From the human T2T-CHM13v2.0 reference genome, Homo sapiens, in assembly GCF_009914755.1 (NCBI RefSeq), contig NC_060926.1: 64,000 nt of DNA. One strand, 5' to 3'. The notes below the pieces were generated by a model. It was not told the DNA's origin. It saw nothing but the letters and a program-made list of their open reading frames with translations, and did not search any database. The position numbers and the translations under genes are program-made. Numbering within the stretch: the first letter of the stretch is position 1; the number at the start of each line of letters is the position of its first letter. Of the stretch, positions 1 to 15,677 are shown piece by piece.

Positions 1-150
1 CAGCTAGGTCTCGGGGCGTCTGCAGGGCAGAGGGCGCGCCCGCTGCGTCCCCAGCTCGCTGCAGGCCCAGGCAGCGTCCAAAGCGCCCCCGGGGCGAGGG
101 CAGCTGGCCGTGCTTGGCTTGCTCTCTGCCAGAACGGAACTCAAGACCGT
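1..150. promoter_or_regulatory. Edge of a probable CpG island / promoter-proximal region
   Basis: GC-rich with many CpGs (gggcgcgcccgctgcg, aagcgcccccggggcg), dropping abruptly to AT-rich sequence; not recognisable as a repeat; truncated by the window start. Confidence 0.6.
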
Positions 151-439
151 TAAGACATATACCTGACCACTGTCTTCCTGCATAGAAGAGAACATTTTTT
201 TCTCCTTATCTTTTTAGAACTCATAACAACAGAGTTAAGCACTTTTCCTCTTTCGAAACACATTGGTATGTTTCAAATGGCCACTCCCTCTTTATTCGCC
301 AAATCTCATTGTACACAAATGTTTGTTTCTTCTGTTTCCATCCTTTTACTTTCTATTTTCTGTTACTAATTCATTTCATTCAGTTTTTACGTCTGTGAAT
401 ATCCTCTCTAATGCCTTAACTACCAAAATTTTCTCTCTC

Positions 440-1340
<901 letters not shown>

Positions 1341-1359
1341 TTCTTTCAGTTTTTCAAAT

Positions 1360-2750
1360 TAACTTTTAGAAGTTTTACATATACAAAAAAACGGAGGAAG
1401 AGTATAAAATTTCCCACACACTTTATAGTCAGTTTCCTCTATTATTAACATCTTACATTAATCTGGTCTATTTGTTACAATTAATGAATTAATATTTACA
1501 TATTAATAATAACCAAAGTCCATACTTGTGTTTTTTTTAGTTTTTACCTAATGACCATCCAGGACCCCATCTGGCTTACCCACATTAGAGTTAGTCATTA
1601 TGTTTCCTTAGGCTTCTCTTGGCTGTGGCAGTTTCTCAGACTAACCTTGTTTATGATGACCTTGACATTATGGAGAGTACTGATCAGGTATTTTGTAAAG
1701 TGATCCTCTATTGGGAATTGTTTGATTTTTTTCTTATGATTAGACTTAAGAGTTTTAGGGAGAAAGTCCATATCCCATTATATCAAGGGTACCTACTTTT
1801 AACATGACTCATTACTGTTGATGTTGACCTTCATAACTCAACTAAAGTGTTATAAAAGTAAGTATAAAGTTATTCTGTTTTATTTTTTTCCCACTTCTCT
1901 TCTCTTTGGAAGAACATCATTATACACAGTTACGCTCTACCTTCTTCATGGCAGAGAATATATATAAATTATTTGGAATTCTGAATAGGAGATTTATCTC
2001 TTCTTCTTCACTTATCAATTCCTTTAATTATTTATTATATTTATATAAACTGGTAGATATTGATTTTATACTTTGGAGTTTAATACAATACTGTTTATTT
2101 ATTTTTTGGTTCAAATTGTTCCAGCAATTGGCTATATAGGGAGCTCTTTCTATTGGCTCCCGTTTCCCTTCAACATATTCCCATCATCTTGGGTTTTTGG
2201 TTTTGTTGTTTTTCTGAGCACTTCCTTACTTCTTTGCATTACACGATGCTCCAGGCTTATCTTGTATATGTCCTGCCCTGTGTTTGTATCAGCTATTTTA
2301 CCAAGCAGTCCTGCTTCCTTTTATTGTAGAATGTTAATAGACCCTGAAATCTGGGAGCTATGTGTGCTCATTGCTTTTGCGGTATCAATGTTTCTAGGGT
2401 CTTTTAGCTGACAGAGCAAGAAAATGTATGTGTAAGCAAGCATCTCTTCATATTTCTATATGTAGCCATCTGTATAGATATTAAGCTAAAGCTGAGTTCA
2501 TAATGATGTCTCCAATTCTACTTTATTAACACCTGGACCTCTATAACTTCCTGCTCTTGCTTATCTGTAACCTCTCTTTGCAACAGTGAGAAATCTGGCT
2601 ACTATCATTGCCATTCATTTGCAATTGTTTATGTTCAGTGTGCACATTAGCACTCTTAACTGGAGTATAGTGCTTATATACAGCATCTTTTGTCTTTAAT
2701 TTTAGATTCCTTTTCCAAAGGTATTTAGGTCACCTGCCTTTACCCAACTT
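1360..2750 (-). mobile_element. Old L1 3' region (L1MC/MD-type)
   Basis: Typical antisense L1M 3'UTR motifs: ttgttacaattaatgaa, ggctgtggcagtttctcagact, gatgaccttgac, ctctttgcaacagtgagaaatctggct. Confidence 0.75.
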
Positions 2751-2844
2751 CATTCAGGGAGGTTGTTTTATATTTCTAATGCCATTTGATTTTTTTTCCA
2801 CATTCTGCATTCCATCCTGGATTTCCGCCAACCTCGTGAAAAAA

Positions 2845-2900
2845 CATATATATATATAATTGAATATATATATATATATAATTTTGAATATATATATATG
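2845..2900. repeat. Interrupted (TA)n microsatellite
   Basis: Three TA runs separated by attga/attttga. Confidence 0.9.
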
Positions 2901-4251
2901 TGGAAAACCATCCAATATCACTAAGACCAAGGGACCGTGCAACAAAAGAAGATTCTATATTAATCAATGCAGTTGCTAAATTAACTTTTAGTCATTTTTA
3001 TATGTTCAGAATACTTGAGCTTTTTTTCATGGGTAATTTTTTACTAGAATTGAAACGATTAAGAAGAACAATAAAGAACCATTAGATCACTAACTCCGTT
3101 TATCTCAATTGCATTCTTTGGTAATAAGTTTCTGTTTAATAATTTTGCATGTTTCTGTCATTCAATTTTTTTTTTATTATGCACTTGGACAAGTTTCCAT
3201 TGTAGGATAGTTTTGGTCATAGTTTTGGTTCTGTTTGTTTGTTTTGTAACCCATGAAATTAAAGATCAAAAAACTACCTTGAATAATAATACCATTTTAT
3301 TGTCATTACCCTCCTTCTGTCTCTGATACCTCTTCTCTTTCCTTACCAAACTAAACCTCATTGGAATAATAGAAATAATAATACTGTATGTGAAACATGA
3401 ATGAAATAGAAACAGTTTTAGTAAGCAAAATAACATAGCTTTGTATATCATATTTATCTGGGCTTGATTTCTCTATGCTTACATGTTTATACTCTTGAAC
3501 ATGGTCTTCTTTTCACCAGAAGAAAACAATCAAAAATAGTTTACTTAAATTTAAAGTCACAGTCTATAGCCTGACGTAGCGACCATCTCTACATGACTCA
3601 GTGTGCCTAAATATGTTATTTTATTACAAAAACAGTACATTCTCACTTAATAAAGACATTTAAATAAATGAAAAAATGTTCAATGGTATATAATCATATA
3701 ATCACACTGCCTGCATATTTTATTACTATTTTCATAGTCTATGAAACACATTTGTGTGATTATATTATGTATATGTGCTTATACGTAAACTTAAATGAGT
3801 GCCTTACAAAATGAAATGATATACATAGATACCATATGTATACACATACATCATGACATACATACATTACATATATAAATTACCATCTTTATGTTGGCAA
3901 ATAATTCTATGAAAATGTAATACCATATTTGTTTAATATGTATAGCTATTTAGATTTTGTCCCATTTTTTACAACTTTAAACAGTGATATACATCTTTGT
4001 ATTAGTATCATTTTCAATTGTATTCTTTTTAATATAACTGTGTGGAATTTTGGAGTCAGTATCTGATCATTTTCTTTTAACTTTCAAAACATTTATTAAA
4101 CAACCTGAAAGGAAGTATTTTGCCAATTAGCAATCCTAACTGGTATGTGTGACATGCCCCATCAATTAAAACTTTTTAAATTTTGGCCAGTCTAGAAGGC
4201 AAGGTTTTTACATATCTCTTATTTTTGAGTTCTATTTCCGGTAAGTTTGAC

Positions 4252-4252
4252 T

Positions 4253-4291
<39 letters not shown>

Positions 4292-4294
4292 TTT
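4252..4294. repeat. (TTTA)n microsatellite
   Basis: Direct reading. Confidence 0.95.
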
Positions 4295-5021
4295 CTTCTA
4301 CACCACAGGCAAATTCTGAAGAGTCAGAACGTGCTAGAAGGAGGACATGACCTATGTATTACCTACAATATGTCACAAATTATCTCCCCATATTAAGAAG
4401 AAAGCTAGTAAAAGCACATTACTGAGTATGTGGTGAACCTGTTCCAACACATACAATAAATGACATGTCAGACCAGGCTGGCTTTATGGGTGTTGCAACA
4501 GGATGCATTTGGCCATTTTGAAGTGACTTACTACCAAAAATATCTCCTGCTTTGTTTAGCCACTGTGCAGATATTTTTATTTTTTACCATTCCTTTTAAA
4601 TATATTTTAAGTAAGAAGCTAGATACGAGAACAATTTAAGCAGGAGTAACTCTGTATTACATTTAGCTTGGAAATATTTATTATACTTAATGGAATACAA
4701 CATCTGTGGCACTGATGAAAGGGAAGTCCATTTTCATGGTAGATCTCAAATCAATAATTACTCTTTCTGAGGTAAGGAACAAAATTTAACATTACTGCTT
4801 TGATATATTAGTAAATTTTGAGTTTCTGTAGGAGGGGGATATGTAATTTACTTTCTATTTATATTCGTTTATAGTAATACTAGAAGTCCTAGTAGAAATG
4901 TTCAACTTATACTACTTTCTGTCATTTTTATAGGTTAATACCCTCCAAATATTTAAAAATCAACCGATAAGTCTTTCACATCTAGTGTTATTTCTTAGAC
5001 ATACATATATGTATCTAAGAA

Positions 5022-5023
<2 letters not shown>

Positions 5024-5063
<40 letters not shown>
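5024..5063. repeat. (CA)n microsatellite, ~20 units
   Basis: Direct reading. Confidence 0.97.
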
Positions 5064-5064
<1 letters not shown>

Positions 5065-5301
5065 AGTAAAATGATGGCCTTGCATGCAATAGTTCTTTCC
5101 GATATTCCTCAACTAAATCCACCTGGCCATAGTCTGATGGGTTTTCAGGGCATTGACAACTTTATAATTTAAGTCTCACTAGCGCTACAAGCTAAAGTCA
5201 TTAGTATGAGAGATTTACTACACTGTTGTAGATCAGGTATCTTTTCACTTTCTATAATGCCTCCATTTTAGGCATACTTTCTTAGTTTGAGAACAAAATA
5301 T

Positions 5302-5328
5302 CACACACACACACACACACACACACAC
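5302..5328. repeat. (CA)n microsatellite
   Basis: Direct reading. Confidence 0.95.
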
Positions 5329-5884
5329 TTAAACACACAAAGATATATGCAAGTGATTAAACCCATTAATATTTCTATTTTCCTGAAGATAAAAAGAAAC
5401 TTACAAATCTTTGTTAGCACTTCATCCAATGCTAATTATATGTTACTATTCTCTAATATTTTAGTTCGCTGATATTTTGTTATCCCACATTTAGACATCA
5501 TCAAGATCTTTATTATTATTATGTTAGACAGTTCATATTTATTTATAGTACCCATGATTACTAATATCTGGCTCTCTTGCTTCTTAGACATTATTCTTGC
5601 TTCTCAGACATTCTTTCTGGAGCTATTTTACTTTGTCCTGTTTTCTTTCATAATAATATCCAACTATCATATCTCTTAGCGTAGGCTAGATTATACTATA
5701 GAAATAAATATGCCCAAATAACCAAAGGTGTATGTTTCAAACTTATGCTGTATACCCAACATAGGTTGTTTAGGATCTTGGACTGAAAAGGCTCTATCTC
5801 AAAATATGCTTCTACCATCAATGCAACAAAGGAAAGGGATTGGGCCACTGCATTCTGGCACTTAAAGCTTATTCTGGAGAGTGG

Positions 5885-6538
<654 letters not shown>

Positions 6539-6705
6539 TTCTGTTTAACTTTTTGAGGAAACATCAAAATGTTTTCTCACCACAGCTACACTATTTTATG
6601 TTTCCACCAGCAATGTATGAGGTTTCCAATTTCTCCACATCCTCACCAACACTTATTGTCTTATTTTAAAAAATATTATAGCCATCCTCCTGAGGATAAA
6701 GTGTA
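6539..6705 (-). mobile_element. L1M ORF2 3' fragment
   Basis: tttaactttttgaggaaacatcaaa ... cagcaatgtatgagg ... tctccacatcctcaccaacactt. Confidence 0.8.
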
Positions 6706-7299
6706 GAAGACTATTTTTAAATCAAATTGATGTGAACTTTTTATTTACCTTTTGCTTTTTTAGAAAATGTTTTCTGTTTTCTAGGTTTGAATCATAATTA
6801 ATTATAGTCTGTCTAATAATTTTATTAAATTAAGTCCATGTTTCTTTTGTTTGTTTCTGCCTACCCTTTTCTATAGTGAATTTTGTTTTTGTTTGAGCTT
6901 ATGCTTTCTAGCACTGCGTGAGTAATTATAAAAGGTCTGAGCATTTATCCCTCCAAACAGGATTTTTCTTTGCTTCTGCCAGGCAGCCTAGTGGTGGTAA
7001 CAAATGTTGGGTCATATTAAGTTAATTTCGTAGGTTGGTGTTACATCCTTATAGCAGTGTAAATTTTAATGGCAAATTAATGTAAGGATAAACTGGGTTT
7101 CACATTTTCGGTGGAGTTATTTTTTTTCTAAAGCTCAACCACATTCTCTATTACTGTTTAATTTTTGTTTGTTTATTATGATGAGATTTTTCAGGTTCAT
7201 TCAATTGAATTAATCATAATTCTTGGCTATCACTAACATTGGTCATTAGTTAATGGTGGACTTTCTATATTGGTCTATGTATGGATTGCTTCTTTTTTT

Positions 7300-8960
<1,661 letters not shown>

Positions 8961-9507
8961 TCAGTAACCTAAACAGCACAGTACTGGTACCAAAACACAC
9001 AGGCCAATAGAACAGAATAGAGAACCCAGAAGTAATGCTGCATGCCTACAATTATCTGATCTTTGACAAAGTCGATGAAAACAGCAATGTGGAAAGGACA
9101 CTCTATTCAATAAATGGTGCCGGGATAACTGGCTAGCCATATGCAGAAGGTCAAAACTGGATTATTTCATTACACCAAGTACAAAAATGCACTCAAGATG
9201 GATTAAAGACTTACATGTAAAAGTAAAAATAATAGAAATCCTGTAACATAACTTAGGAAATATTCTGGACATAAGACCAAAGATTTCATGACAAGCATGC
9301 CAAAAGCAATTGCAACGAAAACAAAAAAGACAAATCAGACCTAATTAAACTAAATATCTTCTGCATAGCAAAAGACACTACCAATAGAGAAAACAGTCTA
9401 CAGAATAAGAGAAAATATTTGCAAACTCTGCATCCAACAAAGGTTTAATAGCTAGATTCTATAAGGAACTTGATCAAATTTACAAGCAAAAAATAAACCC
9501 CATTAAA

Positions 9508-9815
9508 CGCAGGAGCAGAAAATCAAACACTGCATGTTCTCACTCATAAGTGGGAGTTGAACAATAAGAACACATGGACACAGGTAGGGGAACATCACAC
9601 ACCGGGGCCTGTCGGGGGGTGGGGGCCAAGGGGAAGGAGAGCATTAGGACAAATACCTAATGCAAGCAGGGCTTAAAACCTAGATGACAGGTTGATAGGT
9701 GCAGCAAACCACCAGGCCACACGTATACCTATGTAACAAACCTGCACATTCTGCACATGTATCCCAGAACTTAAAGTAAAATAAAAAAAGAAAAAAGAAA
9801 ATTAACAACAACAAC
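9508..9815 (+). mobile_element. L1PA 3' end fragment (L1PA7/8-like) nested in the L1PB
   Basis: catgttctcactcataagtgggagttgaacaat, G-rich tract, gggcttaaaacctagatgac, cccagaacttaaagtaaaat and A-rich tail. Confidence 0.9.
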
Positions 9816-9972
9816 AAAAAGTGGACAAAAGACATGAACTGACACTTTTCAAAAGAAGTCATACATTTGGCCAACAGGCACTTGGAAAAATACTCAACAT
9901 CACTAATCACTAGGGGAATGCAAATCAAAACCACCATGAGATACCATCTCACACTAGTCAGAATGGCTATTA

Positions 9973-10267
9973 TTTTTATTTTTTTGAGATGGGATCTCAC
10001 TATGCCACCCAGGCTGATGTGCAGTGGCATCATCTCAGCTCACTGCAACCTCTGCCTTCCTGGCTCAAGAATTTTCCTGCCTCAGCCTCCCCTGCAGCTG
10101 GGACTACAGGCATGTGCCACCATGTCTGGCTAATTTTTGTATTTTTTGTAGAGATGGGGTTTAGCCATGTTGCCCAGGCTGGTCTGGAACTGCTGGACTC
10201 AAGCAATCCATCCACCTGGGCCTCCCAAAGTGCTGGGATTTATAGGTGTGATCTACCACAGCCAGCC
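9973..10267 (-). mobile_element. Alu (AluJ/S) nested in L1
   Basis: Reverse Alu with TSD atggctatta at 9963-9972 and 10268-10277. Confidence 0.95.
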
Positions 10268-10850
10268 ATGGCTATTAATAAAAAGTTAAAAAAGTAAAAG
10301 TGCTACAGAGGTTACGGAGAAAAGGGAATGCTTATACACAGCTGGTAGGAGTGTAAATTAGTTCAGCTTTTGTAGAAAGCAGTGTGGCAGTTTCTTAAAT
10401 AACTTAAAACAGAATTACCATTCAACTCAGCAATCCCATTATTGGGTATACACCCAAAGAAATACAAATGATTCTACCATAAAGACCCATGCACGTGTAT
10501 GTTTATTGCAGCACTATTCACAATGGCAAAGACATGGAATCAACCTAGATGCCTATCAATGGTAGACTAGATAAAGAAAATATGATACATATATACCATG
10601 GAATACTATGCAGCTATAAAAAAGAACTAGATTATGTCCTTTGCAGCAACATGGATGGAGCTGGAGGCTATAATCCTGACTGAAATAACACAAGAACAGA
10701 AAGCCAAATACCACATGTTCTCACTTATAAGTGAAATCTAAATGTCAAGTACATATCGACACAAACAAGGGAACAACAGACACTGGAGCCTACCTGAGGA
10801 TGGAGAGTGACGGGAGGGTGAAGATTGAAACACTACCCATCAGGTGCTAT

Positions 10851-11137
10851 GTTTAAATTGGTTCACAGTTTTGCAGGGCTGGAGAGGTCTCAAGAAACTT
10901 ATGATCATGGTGGAAGGGAAAGCACACATCTTTCTTCACATGGCAACAGGAAGGAGTAGTGCAGAGGGAAGGTTGGAAAAGCCCCTTATGGAACTATCAG
11001 ATCTCATGAGAACTCACTCACCACCCCCATGCTCTAATCACCTCCCACAAGGTCCCTCCCCGAACATGTGGGGATCAAAATTCAGATTCTCATTCAAGAT
11101 GAGATTTGGGTGGAGACACAGAGCCAGACCACATCAT
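10851..11137 (-). mobile_element. MaLR LTR (MSTA/THE1D-like), truncated at its left end
   Basis: aattggttcacagtt, atcagatctcatgagaactcactca, caagatgagatttgggtggagacacagagccagaccacatca. Confidence 0.9.
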
Positions 11138-11225
11138 ATAGGATGATCAGTTCACACAGTTGCCTCTCTTCGCTTATGGACAAAATGATGGTAATCTATT
11201 CTCGCTATGATATGTGATCCTCCAC

Positions 11226-11376
11226 ACCCTCATTTTGCATGTTACATGCTCTACTATCCCTTGTGTGGTCACTAGGAATAGAGGGAACCCACCAATAGAG
11301 AACCTACAAACCCTCATTTTGCACATTCCATACTCTGCTATCCCCTGTGTGGTCACTAGGAATAGAGGGAACCCAC
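11226..11376. repeat. Two-copy direct repeat, ~67-bp unit, 84-bp period
   Basis: accctcattttgca ... tgtgtggtcactaggaatagagggaacccac at 11226-11292 and 11310-11376. Confidence 0.92.
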
Positions 11377-11524
11377 AAGGGTACACATTAATTTGGGGTC
11401 AAATTAAGAGGCTTTTGTCCAGGAACTTCTCTTTCTTTAACTTTTATGGAATGTATTGACACCTGGAGACTTATCTTTCAGTTTAGTAGAACCATCTTTG
11501 ACTTTTAAAAAAATAGGATTTTCT

Positions 11525-11630
11525 AACTACCTATTGGGTAGTATGCTCACATGGGTGCAATATGCCCATATAACAAACCTGCATGTATACCCTTGTATCT
11601 GAGATAAAATTTGAAATTTAAAAGAAAAAA
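11525..11630 (+). mobile_element. Short L1PB/L1MA 3' terminus
   Basis: aactacctattgggtagtatgctcac ... taacaaacctgcatgtatacccttgtatct ... A-rich tail. Confidence 0.8.
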
Positions 11631-12134
11631 CCAATTAAAAAATTTGTCCAGCTTTTGTAGATGTTTTGTTTCACTATTTTTGAGAACATATTGCTTGACA
11701 TGTTTCTAGAAACAAAAAGTAGGCTTATTAATTTTACAGAATTATATCATCCTCATAAAGCTCTGAATTAAAAAAATCTTTATATCATTGAATATATAAA
11801 TGTCTACACAGGATGGGCTTGAGTTGTTTCTTATAAATAAGATTCTGAAGTCCAGGTGTAAAATTTTAAAGGAAATTAAAGACAGATGTTTGAAAACACA
11901 TATATTTATTTGCCTGGGTGTGTTGTGTGTTTGCTTTAACTAATCTATACCTAGTCTAATTTTCTTTCATTTAATTCTCTTTTTTGGCATCAGAGATATT
12001 TTCTTAAACAAAACTCAAGATGTCATTGCCATGTGTTAAAAATAATTTTTTTCCCTCAATCACCTACATAATTAATAGTCAAGATTGCATAGCATAGCAA
12101 ATCAAGCAATTCAGTTTTGAACTCTCATTTTATT

Positions 12135-12434
<300 letters not shown>

Positions 12435-13698
12435 TTATCTCATCCATCTGTAAATCCGACACTTCAGCTTCAGCCACTGTGAAATACAGGTAGGGTAAGA
12501 ACACGAGATTCTTAATCACACCTCTCTTTCTTTGTGCATGCTGTTCTGTCATTTGTAGTTTTTTGTTTTGTTTTGTTTTTTGCTACTGAGTCGTATGAGT
12601 TTCCTACATGTTTTGGATATTAATTTCTTATCAGATGAATGCTTTGCAAATATTTTCATCTATTTATTGGGTTGCCTTTCTTAATTTTAATTTTATTTTA
12701 TTGCTATTCAGAAAATTTTATGTAATCCTACTTCTTTATTTATTTTTGCTTTTGGTGACTGTGCTTTTGGTGTCATATCCAGAAAATTACCATCAAGACC
12801 AATGTCCTGGGGCTTCTTCTATATGTTTTCTTCAAGGAGTTTTAGAGTTTTAGGTAATACACTTACATCTTTAACCCATTGTGAGTTAACTTTTGTGTAT
12901 GATGTAAAATAAAGATCCAGTTTCATTTTTTTGGTGTGTGTGGACATCTGTATTTGTAAATACTGTTTGTCGAAAAGAGTATCCTTTCTTCATTGTGTAT
13001 CCTTGGTGACTTTGTTGAAGATGAGTTGACTATGTATTCATGAATGTATTTCTAGGCTCTGTTCCATTGGTCTATAAGTATATTTTTATGCCAGAACCAA
13101 ACTGTTTTGATTACTATGCTTGTAATATAATTTTAAATGAAGAGGTGTGATGCCTCCAGTTTTGATCTTTTTTTCTCAAAATTGCTTTAGCTATTTGAGG
13201 TCTTTTGTGGAGCCATACACATTTTAGAATTTTTCTTTTATTTCTATGAAAATATCATTGAAATTTTGATAGGGATTGAATTGAATCTGTAGATCACTTT
13301 ATGTAGCGTGAACATTTTAAATTTGTGATATTTTCTATTTATTGACACAGAATATATTTCTATTTATTCATATCTTCTTCAATTTCTTTCATGAATGCTT
13401 TATAGTTTTCAGTTTTCAAATCTTCTACCCTCCTTGATTTTTTTCTTTAATATTTTATCCTTTTTGATGTTATTGTAAATTGGACAGATTTTTAGATAGC
13501 TTGTTAGTGCCTCAAAACACAACTGATTTTTGTATGTTCATTTTGTATCCTGCAACTTTACTGAATTAGTTTACTAGTGCTAACAGGTTTTTTTGTGGAA
13601 TATTGAGAGTTTTTGATGTAAAAGATCATGTCACCCGCAGAGACAATTTAACTTTTCTTTTTCTACTTAGCTGCTTTTTATTTACTTTGCTTGTCTAA

Positions 13699-14923
13699 TA
13701 TCACAGGATCCTTTGGGTGTCGCTTCGCCAGCCTGAAACAACTGTGGCCGGCAGTGCCTCTACTTGAGTTTGCTTGTGCCCACTGGGCTCGTTCTGCTCA
13801 CTTGGCTCAGCAGGCTATGCTCGGCCCAGCAGGCTATGCTCATGCTACTGGCCTGGATCATACGCTCCCTAAGGGCGAGCCAGGTGCAGAGCAGCGAGCG
13901 GTGTGTGAGTGAGCGAGCGCAGGGTCAGGCCACTGTGCACAGCTAAACACACTGGCTGCTGTGGCAGGGCAGGAAGCTCCAGGCACTGACGTAGGCACTG
14001 GCTCTGTTTGAGGCTGCCGCTGGACTAGGCATACCACAAGCAGCTTTTGATGCAGACGCCGACATCGGGACGAGGGGAACACGGTGACGCCCCAAAACTC
14101 GAGACACCAGCAACAATGGAGCCCCAAGTGGTGGGGGGATGTGCTAGAGTTCTCTCACGCCTGCCGCGCACAGCTCAGCGAGCCATGGGTGGGGGATTAC
14201 ATGTTTCAGCTAGTTTACTGCCGCCACCTCGCTCTGGAGGGCTGCTTCCGGGCTGGCTCAGCCCTGCCGCCACTTCCGGTCACATGGGGCAGCTGCCGGA
14301 CACCAGGAGACGATGGAAGGTCTATAGTGTTACAGCTCTGACCCAGGAAGTCCCAGGGTCTTGCCTTCCAGAAGGGTCGCGGCTCTTCCCTCCCTCAGTC
14401 CAACGAACAGGAGCACGTCACCTCCCGCAGCTCGGGGAGCTGGCCAGGAACGTGTTACAGCCCGTTTCGCTCCTGTCCGCAGCTGGGTGAGGCAGCCAGG
14501 AAAATATTACAGCTCTTCTCACGCCCGCCATTCAGCAGGTCCTGACTTCTTGTGTGACATCCAGAAGAAAGGGGTTACACAGACAGCTGGAGGGTGAGCA
14601 AAGTGGAGAAGTTCTCAGCAGAGAGGAGACTGGAGTGAGTTGCCCCTACCCGCAGGTGGGTAATCCTGACGTGTGGCTGAGCCTGGAGTTTTCATGGGCT
14701 CACAAATGGAGGAAGTATATGCCGGTTGGTCCGTGGGCAGGCCTGGAAAAACACCATTTGATTGGCTGAAAGGCATCAAGAAAGTTTTTACTCCAGGTTG
14801 CCAATCCTACTTGGAACTGGTAGCCTGGTTTTTAGGCTCCAGGCTGTCTTTGGCTTGAAGGTCGGGTTTCACAGGGGACCCAACCATTCCTCCTAAGAAT
14901 TGGTCTGCCTCCTGCTGCTATCA
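13699..14923 (-). mobile_element. ERV1 solo LTR, MER52-like
   Basis: Minus-strand start tgatagcagcaggaggcagac...cccctgtgaaacccgaccttcaagccaaagacagcc and end ggatcctgtgata; internal tgttacagc repeats; 4-bp TSD ctaa/cgaa; host L1 resumes in register. Confidence 0.85.
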
Positions 14924-15557
14924 CGAATTGCTTTGATTAGGACCTCAAGTACTATGTTGAATAAGAGTGGTGAGAGTGGGCCTCTTTATTTTGTTCCTAA
15001 TCTTAAAAAATTTTCATCTCTTTATAATTGAGTATGATGTTAATTGTGGGCGTGTGATATGTGGCCTTTATTGTGTTGAGATACATCCCTTCTCTATTTT
15101 ATTTATTCAATTTTTATCATAAAGGATAGCAAATTTTGTCAAATGCTTTTTCTGCATCTATTGTGATCATTTTATTATTTATTATTTTAGTGTTCTGTAT
15201 ATATTTGAGATTTGCATATGTTGAAACAGTCCTGTATTCCAGGAATTTGATCCTGGTGTATGATGCTTTTAATGTGATGGTGAATTCAGTTTGCTAGTAT
15301 TTTATTGAGGAATTTTGCATCTACATTCATCACATATTGGCATATAATTTCCTTTTCTTGTAGTATCTGTGTCTTGCTTTAGTGTCTGGGTAATGCTGGC
15401 CCGAAGAGTGAGTTTGGAAGTATTCTCACCTTTTTAATTTTTTGAAAGAGTTTGAGAAATATTGGCCTTTATTCTTCCTTAAATGTTAGGATGTTCAATT
15501 TACCAATGAAGCCATTTGTTCCTGGTCTTTTCTTTGAGGGAGGTTTTTGATTACTAA

Positions 15558-15636
15558 TTTTTTTTAATTTTTTATACTTGTATTTTAGGTTTTGGGGTAC
15601 ATGTAAAGTTTTGTTACATAGGTAAACACACGTCAT

Positions 15637-15638
<2 letters not shown>
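15558..15638 (-). mobile_element. Very short L1PA 3' terminus
   Basis: T-rich tail then ggggtacatgtaaagttttgttacataggtaaacacacgtcatgg. Confidence 0.8.

Positions 15639-15677
<39 letters not shown>

Larger units (their letters stand above)
8968..10855 (+). mobile_element. L1PB-like 5'-truncated element (ORF2 3' part + 3'UTR) with nested insertions
   Basis: aaacagcacagtactggtaccaaaa ... ctattcaataaatggtgc ... catgttctcacttataagtg; ORF 9867..10133 begins with an ORF2p-like segment ([19 protein letters not shown]). Confidence 0.9.

Noticed and set aside
11226-11376. Repeat-spacer-repeat layout resembling a CRISPR array
   Set aside because: Only two long copies, primate context, no cas genes; a local duplication explains it.
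14047-14490. 147-aa GC-rich ORF and overlapping ORFs
   Set aside because: They lie within an ERV1 LTR; high GC suppresses stop codons, several frames are open, and no domain is recognisable.
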